A DNA stretch of 63,438 nt, filler included, from Phoronis australis (lineage: Eukaryota; Animalia; Phoronida), in the NCBI GenBank assembly GCA_002633005.1. It is 9 parts of 9 records of this genome, joined end to end, with 100 filler letters (N's around TTAATTAATTAA, not from the genome) between each part and the next. Parts side by side here need not be neighbours in the genome. Positions count along the whole stretch, not along the records: positions 1 to 29,924 come from NMRA01000437.1; 8 more parts are not named here. The stretch is one strand, 5' to 3'. Positions 13,505 to 27,130 of this stretch are shown here, one piece after another (within the stretch, counting starts at the first letter, position 1; the number at the start of each line of letters is the position of its first letter). Made by a program: the position numbers and the translations under genes. Under the pieces are notes generated by a model. That model saw only the letters and a program-made list of their open reading frames with translations, ran no database searches and had not been told where the DNA came from.

Positions 13505-14050
13505 CTTGAGGTGTGCTGGTGTACCATGTTTTTGTAATCGGGACGCTCGAGTGCGTCTCGTTATCGAGCCCGGACAGGACTAAATTGTTAACTATTTTGG
13601 TATTAAAACGAATGAACTTTTTAGTCAAAGGAAACAATTGCCATGTTGTAGTATATAGTATGCAGCGTTTATTAACTGCAGTCGCTACTACGTTTACTCA
13701 CAAGCATGCATCTTCGTTGAGTTAATTTCGTTGTCGAACTTTGTCGGTCTTGTACTGGGGTGTAAATGCAGTGAGTGCATCTGTGACTATGCGTCTTGTT
13801 AGACAATTTAAAAGCCCCAGCGTTTTGTGGAGAGAACTATGAGAACAATCACTTGCTTGTCAAGTAAATAGGGGTGAATTTTGAGATATATATAGCCGAA
13901 AGTTTAAGGGGCTAAACCTTATTGGACTTACGCATTCATAACTGCGAGCTCCACCTCGGTTGAATTTGGTTGAGCCGAAATGCCGCGTCTGTGCGACGCT
14001 AGAAAAAGTGACTGAACTCCGAAACCACAAGGTGGCCCACTATTTATAGA
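13505..14050 (-). promoter_or_regulatory. Candidate non-coding first exon / promoter of the SLC22 gene
   Basis: Donor AAG|GTAACT at ~13504, a CpG-richer stretch, and TATA-like elements near 13890 and 14045 on the minus strand. Not confirmed. Confidence 0.3.
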
Positions 14051-17000
14051 GGGTGTCGCATGACAAACTGGGCCAGTGACTGGTCACTAAGTTAAAATTC
14101 TTGGAATTTATGGTCCCTGACCAAATAAGGTATGACCAAATTATACGAATGTGCTAGTACCGACGATGACCAACAGGTGTCATGCTAATACAGAGACAGA
14201 GAGGAGATCATTCCTGTTACATTTTTAAGTATCAAAAATAAACCATGTTCAGTGACATGAATGTGCAGCGAACACCTGGTTTATGAAAATGATACTAAAT
14301 AGTTAATTCTTTGCACTAAAAGTTCAGTTTGGTTTCTGCCCTTTGATATGTTTCAGAAATAGGATATGTTTTGAGGAAATGTTACATTATATCTGTCTGC
14401 ATCATATTCCTGTTATAACAGTACTTAGCAAACTTTGGCAATTTTTTAAACATGTACATCTTAGGGGACATCACTGCATGGGGCTACATTGTGGGTTATC
14501 TTACATCTGGGGCATGGTTTAGAATGTGCATCAACCCTACAAGGGGCACCGCTTAGGGTACATCTGAGACCGGGGACAGTGCAGTGATGTGTAAGATTCC
14601 AACAGTGGTGAAGAGCTTGCCAATGGCAAACACTGTAGATTGACGTTGTAATATCATAACCTGATAGGGGAATGTTTCTTGGAACCTTTACTTTAGAATT
14701 TGAATATTCAGTATGGAACATAAACAACTGCTGTAGTATTCTTCATAAATTTTGCTGATTGATTCCTTGCAAATAACTAATGTTGTTTTGTCAAGAAATA
14801 ATATTTCAATTGTCCACCATATTGTGTCCAGAATTGGTGAGATTTTAACATTCTGTGCCCTATGTTCGAATCGAATCCATTTTCCACTGCAGTTTTTTAT
14901 TATTCTTCACCTTGGCATCTCGGCTTTGTTGAATATCCTCAAGATCTGCGTTGGAGTTGCACAAATGAAGACCTTCGGTACCAAACCACATAAGTGTTTG
15001 CTCTCAACTTCTAAACTCTGTGAAACGAACTTTAGAATTCTTGAAATATGAAAAGCTCCATAACTTCCTAGTGAAACCGTATACTGCATGGTGGTCATAT
15101 TTTGTTTTGAATTCTTTATCTTTGGTTTGAAAATGGACAATAAAATTTCACTAGGTGCCTGCTTGAGGGGTTATAAAAGTCCCTAATAGTGTCACAGGGC
15201 AGCTCAAGAGCTTCTATTTATAGAAGTGTTTCCAGACCAGCTGCAGCATATATTGTGCATTCAACCAAATATAGGCCTATGGGTTCTGTTTCATGAAAAG
15301 TGACTTAGGATCAACAATGCACCTACTTTGTATATACATTGTATATTTTTTCCTGCTTTGAAAAAAGACCCCCCACTGTGAGTCTTCAGAGGCTTATTAG
15401 TCTTCATTACAATGTGTGATTCCAAACTTGAAAGGTTCCTAGTGACAGTGGGCGTCCAAATGATACATTGGGAGTCCTTGCCAGGGCGTCCTGGTTAGTG
15501 CTAGGGAGTCCAAATGGAGGCCCAGGACCTACGCTGCATAAAGGCCTGCTTAGGATGTAAGACTGAAATTTGATCTTACGCTCCACACAACTATTTCTGA
15601 AAAAGAATTAATTCTCAGTTGAGCAAAAGTGAAAAGTGTTTGAGAACATGTAATTGCTAGTTACTAAGATAAATTCTACAAATTATTTCTGGACTGTGCT
15701 GCATTCATAAATACTAAACTAAACCTTTATTCAGTAATTGTGATGTGGGTGGAGTAAGAGACCAAATTATTGTCTGAAGGCTTAAGGTTATCTCAAACAT
15801 TATTAACAGAAATGGTCCATTTTTACAATACATCACATATGTCTTAGAGACTAGCAAAATACCTTATCTTTATTCTCGGCGAACTTCAAATATGACATAT
15901 ATACCCTGTAGCGAGAAGAAAAAAATTAGCAGAACCTCCTTTGAACCGCACAACTGCATGGATAATTGTTTACTACTTTTCAGAAGTCAAAGTTTACAGG
16001 GCTGTCACTCAAATCGAATCTCCCGCCAGGCACAGAGCTGCTCCATATGTACCCTCAGCCCTTTCATTCACTGAGTCACCATATATTAAGTCAACGAGGT
16101 CAAAAAGGGGCTATTTCATAGACAGTGGAGTGATATTTTTAAGAAAGTCACTACTGTATAAATTGAGGGTGGGTGGTGAGTGGAGCACGAGCATTTTAAA
16201 TTAAAAATCGTATACTTGGACATTCTGCAGTATGTAGCCACTACAAAAACCTCAAGCCCCATTCATGCTAACATCAATTCATCGATGTTTTAGGAAGTGG
16301 CGGTCTGTATTAATAGGTAAACGGTCCTAGATCAAATAAAAGCTCCAGTTAACAGTGCAGTAAGCAGGTGGATTTAACTGCAGAGCATTGATGCTGAGGC
16401 ACGGTATGAATTGACCTGTCGCCGGGACTATGAATGACGGCTTAAATGACCAATCAGAACCCAGCATTCTTGACACACCTTCGTTTCCAAGCTGCCATTT
16501 TACCTGACAAACAATTCGTTGCCGGGTAAAACTTGTTTGTCGACATTTTGCAAGGGGGCGGAGCTTGCAATAGGCCAATGATCAACGTCAGTTTTATTGA
16601 AGTTGTCGGCAGGCCCAAGGGCAGTTTCGTCACTAATGTTTTGTGCACATATTGGGCAGTTGAATTAAAAATCAGTTGTATGTCACTTTTTCCAAAAATT
16701 CTGTAACACAGGTGGTACATCCTTGCTATTCAAAAATCTAAGGTGAAGATCACCTTATGTGTCTGCGCTACCTTGCCAATAACCTGTTTCGTCCCTCAAC
16801 CTACCTCACAATGCAGGTTGAGAATTGAAACACGACAAGGCAACTAACTGAGTCTGGGAAGAAGACCACTCAATAACTTAGTTGGCGACAGCGTCACTTA
16901 CCATTTACTTCAATGTCGTAGCCAGTAAGGGTTTTATTAAGTTCCCTGCTTACACCATTGCTCGTCTTCTACTATAGTTGAGTTCATGTGAAAGGATCGT

Positions 17001-18409
17001 TTGGTTCCAATCCCTCTTGTACCCAAGACTGCTCTATTGTCTGAGTTGGCCAGACTTGATTGGCCTGTTCTTATCTGGTCATAAAAAGCGAAATACAAAA
17101 GCTTAAAATCTAAAATTTGGAAAAGATGACCTTCACAATGTTTTTCAACAGAGACAGGTCTTTGATTTTCAAATGTCAGTGATCTATCAGCTGAGAACAC
17201 AGCAACTGAACTTGCAGGCTTGCTGACTGCTGATTCCGTACCACTTCAACTGTATAACTAATGACACTTGGTTCAGTTATACTTCTTCAGTAAAACATCA
17301 TGGTTGCCACTCAAAACATCTCCCAATACCATGGGATCTAATAAATTCTTATTTCTGTATCAGTATTTTCACATTAAAAATACAAATTTACTCAAATAGC
17401 TATGAATGATTTTTTAAAATCAGTCCAGTAACCCATGCCAAATGACATATTTATATTGCAAGGTATTGTTTAATTTGCAAGATCCATGCAACGGGCGTAA
17501 GCGCATCGCATGGTTATCGCCTATGAGACACTTCAATTGTTTTCCTTTGTTGCGACTTTGTTCGATACAACAATACAGGTCGCATGGACATTAGATCGCA
17601 AACCCGATCAGCACGAGTCATGTTCACAAACACAAAGGATAAACAACAAGACAGATTTACTTAATTATTTGAAAACTTTATGGAGTATGAATGTCATCAA
17701 TAAGTAAACATGAAATTCTGAACATTTTTGACAATGCAGGTAGCACCTACAAAATGACAATTTGGTCATTACGTTTGATCAAATGTGATAAAATGATACC
17801 ATACTTGGTAAGTTGGTAAATTACTCTACTGTTCAACTTAATGTTCAAATGATGCTTATGTCTTCGGACAAAGCTTGTTACCTCGTTGTTCAGCCTATAA
17901 CTTTATTTTTTTTTATTATGTAGTCAGTACTTCTACCACTTGAGTGTATTCTCCACGGACTTAGCTTCTGTTGCACTTATCATGCTCATATGGAAATGAA
18001 GTCCCTGAGATATGCTACAACCTTGAACAAATGTGTTGTTTGTTCTTATTCTGAAATCAAAGTTATTTTGCAGGTTTATCAAACTGAACTCAATTGTTAA
18101 AGTTGATTTAGTTATACATATTTGTAAGCCTAGTCATTAAATATGGAAATTTATATCAGTATGACTACTTTTTTAACATTAAAGGGAAAATTGGAACACA
18201 TATTCAGAACAAGGATTCAGTTTTACCACCACGAACTAACAAAACAACTAGTGTCTGCCAGCTTACATTGGTTGATATCCTTAGAAGTCATCAAGGTTAT
18301 TCCTTGAAAATAGCCCATTCCACCTCTAACTTGGCAATTACCCGCATATCTGTGTCACAAGGGAATATCTATCAAGAGTTCTAGATAAAACCTGTTGTTC
18401 TGGCTAGTT

Positions 18410-19020
18410 TTCTATGGGAAGCCAAAGTGGAAAAATTCCAGGACATCTATTTAGGAATTAAATCCTCTGCAGGACCAAAAAATATACTCAAAACCAAAAT
18501 TTATCATACTAGGACCTGCAATTTGTCACACCAGGACCAAAATATAACACATCATGACTGAAAATTTTGTCATACCAGGACAGAAAATTTGTTACGTGGG
18601 GAAAATTTCACCTCATGAAAATATGGCGTGACCCCTTATTGAGATGACATTATAGGTACACAATGTCTCACCGACAACAGTCATATTATAGTGACAGTGA
18701 GGTTGAATTTCTGTCATCTTTCCCACATTTTACAACTGGAACCAACGTACACTTGGACACACTAGTCTTGAATACGCTGGCTGAGTATTACAGCGACACA
18801 GTGGATCGTCATTGTCACATGGTCTCCTGGCATGAAATTTTCTCCTAGCACGACATTTCCTCCTTTGCAAGAATTTTTCTCCTGGCAAGAAATTCTGTGT
18901 TCTGGCGTAGTAAATGGCATGTTAAATTTTGGTCCTGACGTGATGAACTAGAGGTTCTGGTACTATGAAAGTACGTCTGAGGTCAGATGAACTTTCACAT
19001 TGGCAGCGAAATTCCCAGTG
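18410..19020. mobile_element. Old foldback/MITE-like element with inverted arrays of ~22-bp subrepeats
   Basis: The left arm repeats CCAGGACCAAAATTT-like units and the right arm carries their reverse complements (AAATTTTGGTCCTGA, TTCTCCTGGC). Confidence 0.5.
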
Positions 19021-19444
19021 CTGCCGTGGCAAGTATGTGCGTGTTTGTTGGTTTTTTGTGTTGTTTTGGGTGGAAGTTCTGTCATTTGCTATTGCTTTCA
19101 TAGTGTAATTCTATTGTAGGTGCACCACATCAGCACAGCCACTCTGGTGTGGCTTTACTCGAGGTATGATCTCAACAAATCATTAGTGCCAGTCATCACC
19201 GCCATATTGGCTTTGGGCTGCTACAGACCTCTGATTGTTGAGTAAGTGCTGCAGGCAGTGCCTCTAGTGATCAATATGAAAACCACTTCTGCAGTTGGTA
19301 CTATGCGCCGCGTACAGTACATGCCAATAGTAAGCGGGCAAATGACCCGAAATTACAATTACGACAGTTAGGCGCTTGAGGAGCTAATCATGACACCTTA
19401 ATTTAAATTGCAAAAATTGTAATTTTTTGTTCCATCAATACTTA

Positions 19445-19720
19445 CATGCATGCATGCATACATACATGCATGCAAACATATGCTATGGGTGCATTGTGCT
19501 GTCGTCTTCCGCTGTTGTATTGCTGTATCTCCAAAACCCCTTAATGGATGTTAGTGAAATTTTGCAGGCTTGTTGCTATCATGAATAAGACGGCATGGCT
19601 TGAGTGAAATCTCGGTGGAATCCGATTCCCGGTGTGCCCCCTAGTGGCACTTTTAGTTTTTACGTTTTCTTCCATATCTTTGCAGTTCCTTTGATGGATT
19701 TTGCCAAAAGAGATCTCCCC
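19445..19720 (-). mobile_element. Fragment of Helentron/DINE-like repeat family (CCACTAGGGGGC family)
   Basis: Reverse-complement similarity to 30470-30660, including CCGGTGTGCCCCCTAGTGGC. Confidence 0.6.
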
Positions 19721-22700
19721 ATCTTTAGGCAGTGATGGATTGGGTCGTCATGAAATTTGAGATAGTTTTACCATTGGGATTGCCTGTCCATTCATGTAGA
19801 TAGGCTAATGTCGAGTCCTAGTATGCCAATTGACTTTTTTGTGTCTGTTTCTCACTTCAAAATCCAGCAAAAGCTTTCAGCTTACAGTAACTATCCATTG
19901 ATGTCACACGACAATCATGGCTAAAATGGTAATTTTTTCGCTTTCAGTGGCTGATACCATTTTGTGCAAATTATGGTAATTTTAGCAAATGTTTTGGCAT
20001 CTACACACTTCAAACCATTGTTGTAATGGGCTAAAATGTTCTTAATTTTTACTTTTGTGAAGAAATTTATAAATTAAAATAGAATTTCACTCGTGGGTCG
20101 TATTGTGTGCTAAGTAAGAGAAGAACTGAAACTGACTTTCTGTGACACTTCGTCCTCATGCTCTGCTATCAGTTATTCTTACAGTGAAAGGATTTTAACG
20201 AAAAGTTTCAAATTTTTGTTGAATAGCAGCTTAAAAGAATGAAATGCAGTTAATGGAAAGATGGACTTGTTAATAACACTTGTAGTGATTATTTGTTATT
20301 TTTTATTGCTGTTTATGTTAAAAAAGTTTAGTCATATTATTTTGCATATTCCAGAATTCTCACGCACGCTGTCGGTCTAGGTTCCTGGGCATTACTTGTG
20401 GCCAAAACCCTCTTCACAAGCTGCGTTGGTCTCGTGTCGCTACGGATGTTTTTATCGTTGCAACAAACTGCCAACTCGTTTTGAGAAGATCCTTTTATGC
20501 AATTTTTATCTCTCTTAGTGCCTGTTTAAGTATTGTCGTCGTCTCGGTGCGAGTGAAATGGAACAAGGTCTTGTTTCATCGACTCGCAGGTGTTTGATGA
20601 GAAATTTATGTTAGGAAGCCCCTTGGTGGTGTTTTTGAAAGAATCAGTGTTGTGTATTTTTTATTTTCCACTTAGAATGATAAAGTTTGCTGTTGTTGGA
20701 GTCTGTCTCAAGCTTGCTTTTTGAAATAAGACCAGAGATGTTAAAGAAAACAAGTGACTTAGTTGTTTAAAATCTCATTTCTTTTCTATTAATGGCCTTA
20801 ACATGAAAATAATGCAGAACATCTGCCATCCTGATAGCCATTTTTCGTAATTATGGTAAAATTTTGCTCAAGGTGAGAGCTTATCCCAAGTTCTAGAAGT
20901 AGTCAATATTGGTCGACCCAAATTCAAGAACAGCTGGAAAGATGGCAAAAGTACCCACTCTGTAGATTGAAAATACATTGTCTGAAAGTCGGGAAATAGG
21001 TTGAACACCAAAATCGCCCTTGTCCCAATTTACAGAATCAAGAAAATTCAATTTTCCGAGGAGTTTACATGTTCCAAATTCTAGAGACTTTCCTAAAGGG
21101 GGGAATTTTTACTGTTGTGGCAACATAAACAATAAGTAACCGTCACAGCTGTTCAATTTGCAAAGATTTGTAATTAAAGTTCACCCAATTATTACCTAGC
21201 AAAGCAATAACATTGTTGAGAAAATGGAACGTAACAAGAGCTTGGCATTAGACATTGATAGGTCCCAGTTATTGTCACTAAATTACTTATTTGGGCATAT
21301 GAGGCACAGTCAATGGGGTGATGAATCGAAATTTTGAATGTCTTGATTTTGAAGGCACAAGCAGTAACTAGTCAAACTCTGATTTTAATAAAATGGCATA
21401 AGCATGTTTTAAAGTGCTAAGGAAAACTGATTTCAGATTGCAGTAAGAAAGCAGGATTGGCAATATATGATAATAATGTTCTTCTTGACATGACAGTGGG
21501 CTAACCCATTTTGAGCTTGTAAATCAGGTCATGTAATTCCATTGAACCAGTCTAATTATCTATGATTTAACTTGTCTTAACATAAATTATGTCAATAAAT
21601 GAGCATCAGAACAGTTAAATGCCTTGCCTAGCATATCATGTGTCCACAGTTCTAACAGCTGCCACAAACCGTGAATTAAAGGCGTGTACCACAGACATCT
21701 TAATACTGATGTCTATGGCATGTACAATATTTAAAGTACCCCAATGCTATCCCATCACAACCAGTCGATTTTCTGAGTTTAGCAATGTTCAGAAAATATG
21801 TTTGTCAATTTGAATTATTTGACCCATAATATAGATATGAAGTTGAGGGAAGCTCCTTCCATGTTCAGTTCCCGAGTTCTAAGTAAACACTTAAGAATAT
21901 GTCAAATTATTCTTCATTAGAAGTATTGGCACATTTTACCTTTCCCTCGGGTTTCCAAAACTTCTTACTGTTATTTTCTTTTAACACCTTTATCCAGTAC
22001 GGTTTGGTCCTTTAGAAAGAAACTATTACTTTTTGTTTTTATTTATATTATGTAGGATTTATGTTGTTCTCTGTAAGGAAGGGAACAATTTTGTGTACCC
22101 AAGAATACATACCACTTTTGACATGAGAGGCCATTCGTGCATAATTCACTCTAGACATGAATCTTGCTTTATGAAGCAGTGGACGAGTTAGCAAATTACT
22201 TAACACCAGCAGCAGCCCTCGTGGTTGTAGCTAACGAAGCAGTCTGGGTATTACATAAAATGACTGTCCACCCTTGCAGTAGTTTTCAACGTGTTGAAAC
22301 TTTCGGTGTCCCATAATCGAGCCAATCACATGAAGTGTAGGTAGCCAGCGAATGTGTCTAGTCTCAGTCTAGTGTCACGTGTCCAGCTAAGGGGCTGAAG
22401 GGGACGGCGGGCCTCTTAGTAGCCTACTTTAACAGTGCTAAAACTCCACTTGGCCAGGCAGCCCACGCTGGAACTGGAGGTTAGAACTGTAAATCAAACT
22501 TGGGGTCCCGGTGATATAGTTAATCCGCCACTGGTGGGGGAGGGATTGACGACAGTCGTGCCAGAGCTGAAACGTCCTCTTTTGGTCCCCATTGGCGGAC
22601 AGTGCCGGGCAAATATGGAAATGGCTTCACATACCAGCATGTTTTTAAGGGGCGATAAAAATTCTTTAGAATAGCAGAGCTTTCCAACGAGATTCTGTTA

Positions 22701-23019
22701 AATGAAAAGAATTTCGGCGCCAACACGGTGGTAAGCTGATGTACTTGACTTCAACGTCAGGTGATTCTTGAACAAACAACACTATTTTTGATTTGAAAAC
22801 CAATTCCAAACAGTATTTAAGAGAATAGAGCATAAATTATAGTATCTGTAAATTTCACATCAATCCAATGAGACATTTCTGTAATAAGATGTTCAGAAAT
22901 TAGATGGAAAGTTTGGATTTGTTACTGCAGGTTTTAGGCGCTCCGCCGTGCAGTGCGCGCCGATTGTAATCGGGGGAAAACGGCCCGAAATTAAATCATA
23001 ACGGATGGGCAGTAGGAGG

Positions 23020-23022
<3 letters not shown>

Positions 23023-23070
<48 letters not shown>
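23023..23070 (+). repeat. (CAT)16 microsatellite
   Basis: Perfect trinucleotide run; its last unit forms the ATG of ATGGCGGAGGAT. Confidence 0.95.
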
Positions 23071-24230
23071 GGCGGAGGATGATGAGGACTTTACAGGACA
23101 TTTAGTATAGTTAAAACTGTATACCGGTATACATCGCTTAAAAGGAAGCCATGATAAGCCGTCGTGACCTGGACGAAGGTGGTATTTTTTATTACTTTTG
23201 GTGCGCGCACTAATTTTCTGCTTACATGTCGCTCATATTAAAAGTAATACATGCAAAAGTTGTCATTTTGTTGTATTCTTCAAAGTCTGACGGGACTGAC
23301 TGAGCTTATAGTGTAAACATGATATCCCGTTAACACTGCAGCTCCGTTACTTACACTGGTGGATGTATAACTGAAAGCGCCGAACTTTACGCAGCGAAGG
23401 CGCGAGGTTCGTGCACCAAAGCAATATGCGCAGACTAGCTGGACAGTTGAATTTGTGTATTCTGGTACATGTAGTTGTGTCGTCATAAAACAATTTATAT
23501 ACACTAGCCGTTTTAATGGAAGTCGCAACTTTTTATTTTGCTGTCGGGGTCTGATTTTCGACATGCATTTTCAATTCATGGAGAAAAGTCCTGCAAAACC
23601 ATACCTCATACTTGTGACTTTTTAATTTTGGCGCATCCATATATGTAAGGAAAAGTTGTGTCTGGGCGTGTACGGATTTTATTTACATTTTTCTTTTCTT
23701 TTTTGTTTTCCTCAATTTCTAGGACTCAATTTGTCGTGTCATGACGTTTCAAAAACTCCTGCAACCTTCCATTTCATGCAGTCCTTTTAATATATACACC
23801 TTTGCAGAGACCTGTCCAGATACTTCATGGCCTCATTGCTGTAATGCGCCATGGATAACAAGGTATGTGTACTTCACGGTGAAAATTACCAACATCGTGC
23901 GTATGAGACTGGTCCATTTTTTTCAAAATCAGTACCACGTGAAATTGCATTTTACAAATATTTACCGGCTCGGTACCAGTGTTGTAAAACAATAAACTTA
24001 CAAAGAAAACACTTCAGGAAAATAGGGTTTTACGTAAGTTATATAATGTCACTCCGATCTAAAATTGTTGACCTATATGAACACGACATTGGCAAAATAA
24101 AATTTCACCCGTCTGCCTCATTGTGTGCTTAATGGATAAAGGCTTTACCATACCCTGCCAGCGCAGAAGTCATTCGATCAGATCTTTGGGCATTTCAGAG
24201 AATCCACGTCATCGCCGATTTGAATTAGGC
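23069..24230 (+). pseudogene. Decayed Cys-rich ORF resembling P2X7 ballast / Kolobok KolX protein
   Basis: Across frameshifts it reads TCPDTSWPHCCNA/MDNKVCVLHGENY...RKHFRKIGFY...IGKIKF/TRLPHCVLNG, resembling the CC..C..H and R..LPxCV...IR pattern. Contains stops and frameshifts. Confidence 0.35.
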
Positions 24231-25194
24231 TATAATTATTCTCTCAATGCTGTGAGCGTAATTCATGAACATGACATTTCTCTGGAACTTGTTGAATTGA
24301 TGGGTTGCTTCGCCTAGGAATTTCGACCTCCTCTTGTCTGTATGCTAGCTACTGGGGGACAGTCCATCATGACTAAATTATGTCATATAAGGGCTATGTG
24401 TATGCAAGTGCTCATTGCCGCTATGCCCGACGTCTGCTTTTCTGCCTCCCAGTGGCCACCTGGGGGAATTTTTCTGAATTTCCATAGGCTCGTTTCTACC
24501 CCGAAAGGAATGCACCAGCCCGTTTTGGGACAGATGTGACTTGCATTATTCCACCCTAATGGCAATTTTAGCATCAGGTCGCCTCTTTCCGCCATGCCCT
24601 TTGAAAGACCATCATCAAATTTAGTACGTATTCCTATTGGACGATAGGAGGGCATGGGTTGAGGTGTTGGACTTTCAGATGGGTCCGTACTGTTGTGCAC
24701 CTATAGCGGTATTTCTTCATCGAATCTGTTAAAAAGTTCCTTAATGTTATACATGCTCTGGGTCCAAAGCTGAATTGTCAATTTGTAATAAACTCACAGA
24801 CACAACAAACTTTGTTAGTTACTTCATAGTTCTTGTCAAAGCTAAAAATTGTACCCTCCCTACAACAATGCCAAATTGACCCACCGTTTCACTGGTCAGT
24901 CGGCTCTCTGGGTAAACGTGGGATAGACATCATACATCATAACGCGGGGATGGGCAGATTTTGGACGTACTTTTTGTGTGTTTGAGTACTGAAATCGGGT
25001 TTACAACCAAAATTATAAGCAGAAAATGTGTTGCATACAACTGCTGTGTAAACCCATCTTCCATAACAAAAATAAACTTGATTTACACCAGTTTTGGTTA
25101 CGAAATTGGTTTCAAATTGTTCCTTGGTCTATCTAGATTTTATTTCGGCTCGGAAACTTGAAGAACTGACGCTTCTGATACTGCCCGAGACCAA

Positions 25195-25528
25195 GGGCCC
25201 GTTCCATAAAAAGTTAATTATGAGACTTGTCAGAAGTTCGACCTTACGTTGAACAAAACTATTTCTAAAAAATAATTAAACCTCACATGAGCATAATCGC
25301 GATAAAAGTTTCTCTCGCTGGAAATACAATTCTGTAAATTATTTCTAGACTATGAGGCGCTCACAATGACTTAGCAATTGTGAAGCGGGGCCGTAAGACC
25401 AGCCTCCCGTCGCGGCTAGGACCTAGCTTAAAAGCGAGATTACGCGAGATATTGCCGTGTATTTTAAATAAGAGCACATGACCTTGACTAGCTTTTGGCT
25501 AGGTCCTAGCGTCTACTGAACGCACGCC
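25195..25528. mobile_element. Two abutting Harbinger-like MITEs
   Basis: Imperfect TIRs GGGCCCGTTCCATAA / TTGTGAAGCGGGGCC (25195-25392), and an inverted pair GCTAGGACCTAGC (25415) / GCTAGGTCCTAGC (25498) ending ACTGAACGCACGCC. Confidence 0.5.
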
Positions 25529-26959
25529 AGATTTCTGTCTTAAGATGTATTTGCATGCTCCCAACAATGCTATTCTATCGCAGGTACTAAACGACAATAC
25601 TATTTTAATACCGTCTACGCTAAGCAGAACAGTTGTGTTCATTGACATCTTGTAAATGTGAAAAAAAAATTCTGCAAATAGCTGACCTTCACATTAGTGA
25701 CGTACTCTGAGGGCTCACGGTTGAGTGATTTAAGGCGGATCATTTTCGACACGAAATTCGTTCTTAAAAACATTTGGCAATTTCAAATGTACTTCACAGT
25801 CACATCGTCGCTATGTTGTGTTTCTGTCTAATTTGACCAAGCAGTGGCAGAGATAAGAAATCAGTGTGTAAGTTCCACTTTAAGTCACTTTCCATGAAGC
25901 TGAGCCCAGCTCTACAAGACTGCTGGTCACGGCTTGACGTTTTATTTACTGGGTATGGTCACAAGAAACACCTGTTCATCAATTCCTTGAACAACCAAAA
26001 ATCACTTCTCATTTGAGAACGAATCAAGTTAATACCAATGTTATAGCGACAGGTTGTCTAATTTAAAAGTAAGTCTCTTCGAAGGAACCAACCTGGGTTT
26101 ACATTCGCATTAAAGTTGCTAGACCCCAGTTTAAAAAACTTTGTGAAACTCCTAAACTCTTGTCTACTTAAATTTCCAAGCATTTCAAAACCACTCAAGA
26201 TGGTTATAAAAACGAAGGTTCTGCTTATTAAAGTGAAATTTTCTGTGAAAGAAAAAACGCACCTTAACTGTTCAAGCATTTTATTTTCTTGGCAACAAAT
26301 TCACTCAATAAATTCACAAAAGAGCCCTGTCTAGCGCGCAGTGTAACATTAAACTCCAAAAAATATACCTCTTATAAACAACTGAGAAAACAATTCACTA
26401 TCTACAAATTGACCCACAAAATAGCCAAAAAATAATTCAGGAAACAATTACTGTCAATCTAAATTTTTTACTTCAAATCTTTATGTTTTATTTGGATACT
26501 TACGACCTATAGAAAAAGAAAGAGGATACATAATTGCTCATCAGTGGGGCAACTGTTCAATTCTGGTTTGAATAATCAACTGAGCCAGATCCGAGTGGTG
26601 AGAGAGTGATGCCCGTGACGAAAAATTTAGGCACAACCAAGCCCCATACACAGTGAACACAGCCACTGCCTGACAACAACTTCCAGCAATGAACCCCTCC
26701 AAAGTGACAAAAAATACTGGAGAATAGCCAACAATGAGAATTCAGAAACAAATTAACAATTATGTCAAATAACTATTTAATAAGAAAGACAGCTATTCTG
26801 GACACTACTCACATGCTAATTCCATCTTATGGTATTTTGTACAACTAGGATGCTGGAGATTTGAAATTTCTAAATTTCTACCCCAATACCTCCCTGGTCA
26901 TCATAAGCAAAATAGCGCAAAAATCTAGGGTTTCTTCCTGATGTTTAAATTTCAACTGA

Positions 26960-27130
26960 GTTCTCTTAGCATGGAGTTATTACTAGGAAATGGTAAACAT
27001 CTTTAGTGACTCAGTCACACCAACCACTGGGACAGTCTTCCATACCCTGGGTCCAGCACACCTGAACTTCCCTCGAGACTCCACTTCAAAACTGACCAAT
27101 CTTAGGGCTTGCTTTGAGTGACACTCGAAA
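26960..27130 (-). mobile_element. 3' remnant of an L2/CR1-group LINE
   Basis: Minus-strand FRCAGPRVWKTVPV...ESLKMF resembles the F...GP..WN.LP C-terminal motif of these LINEs. Confidence 0.35.
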
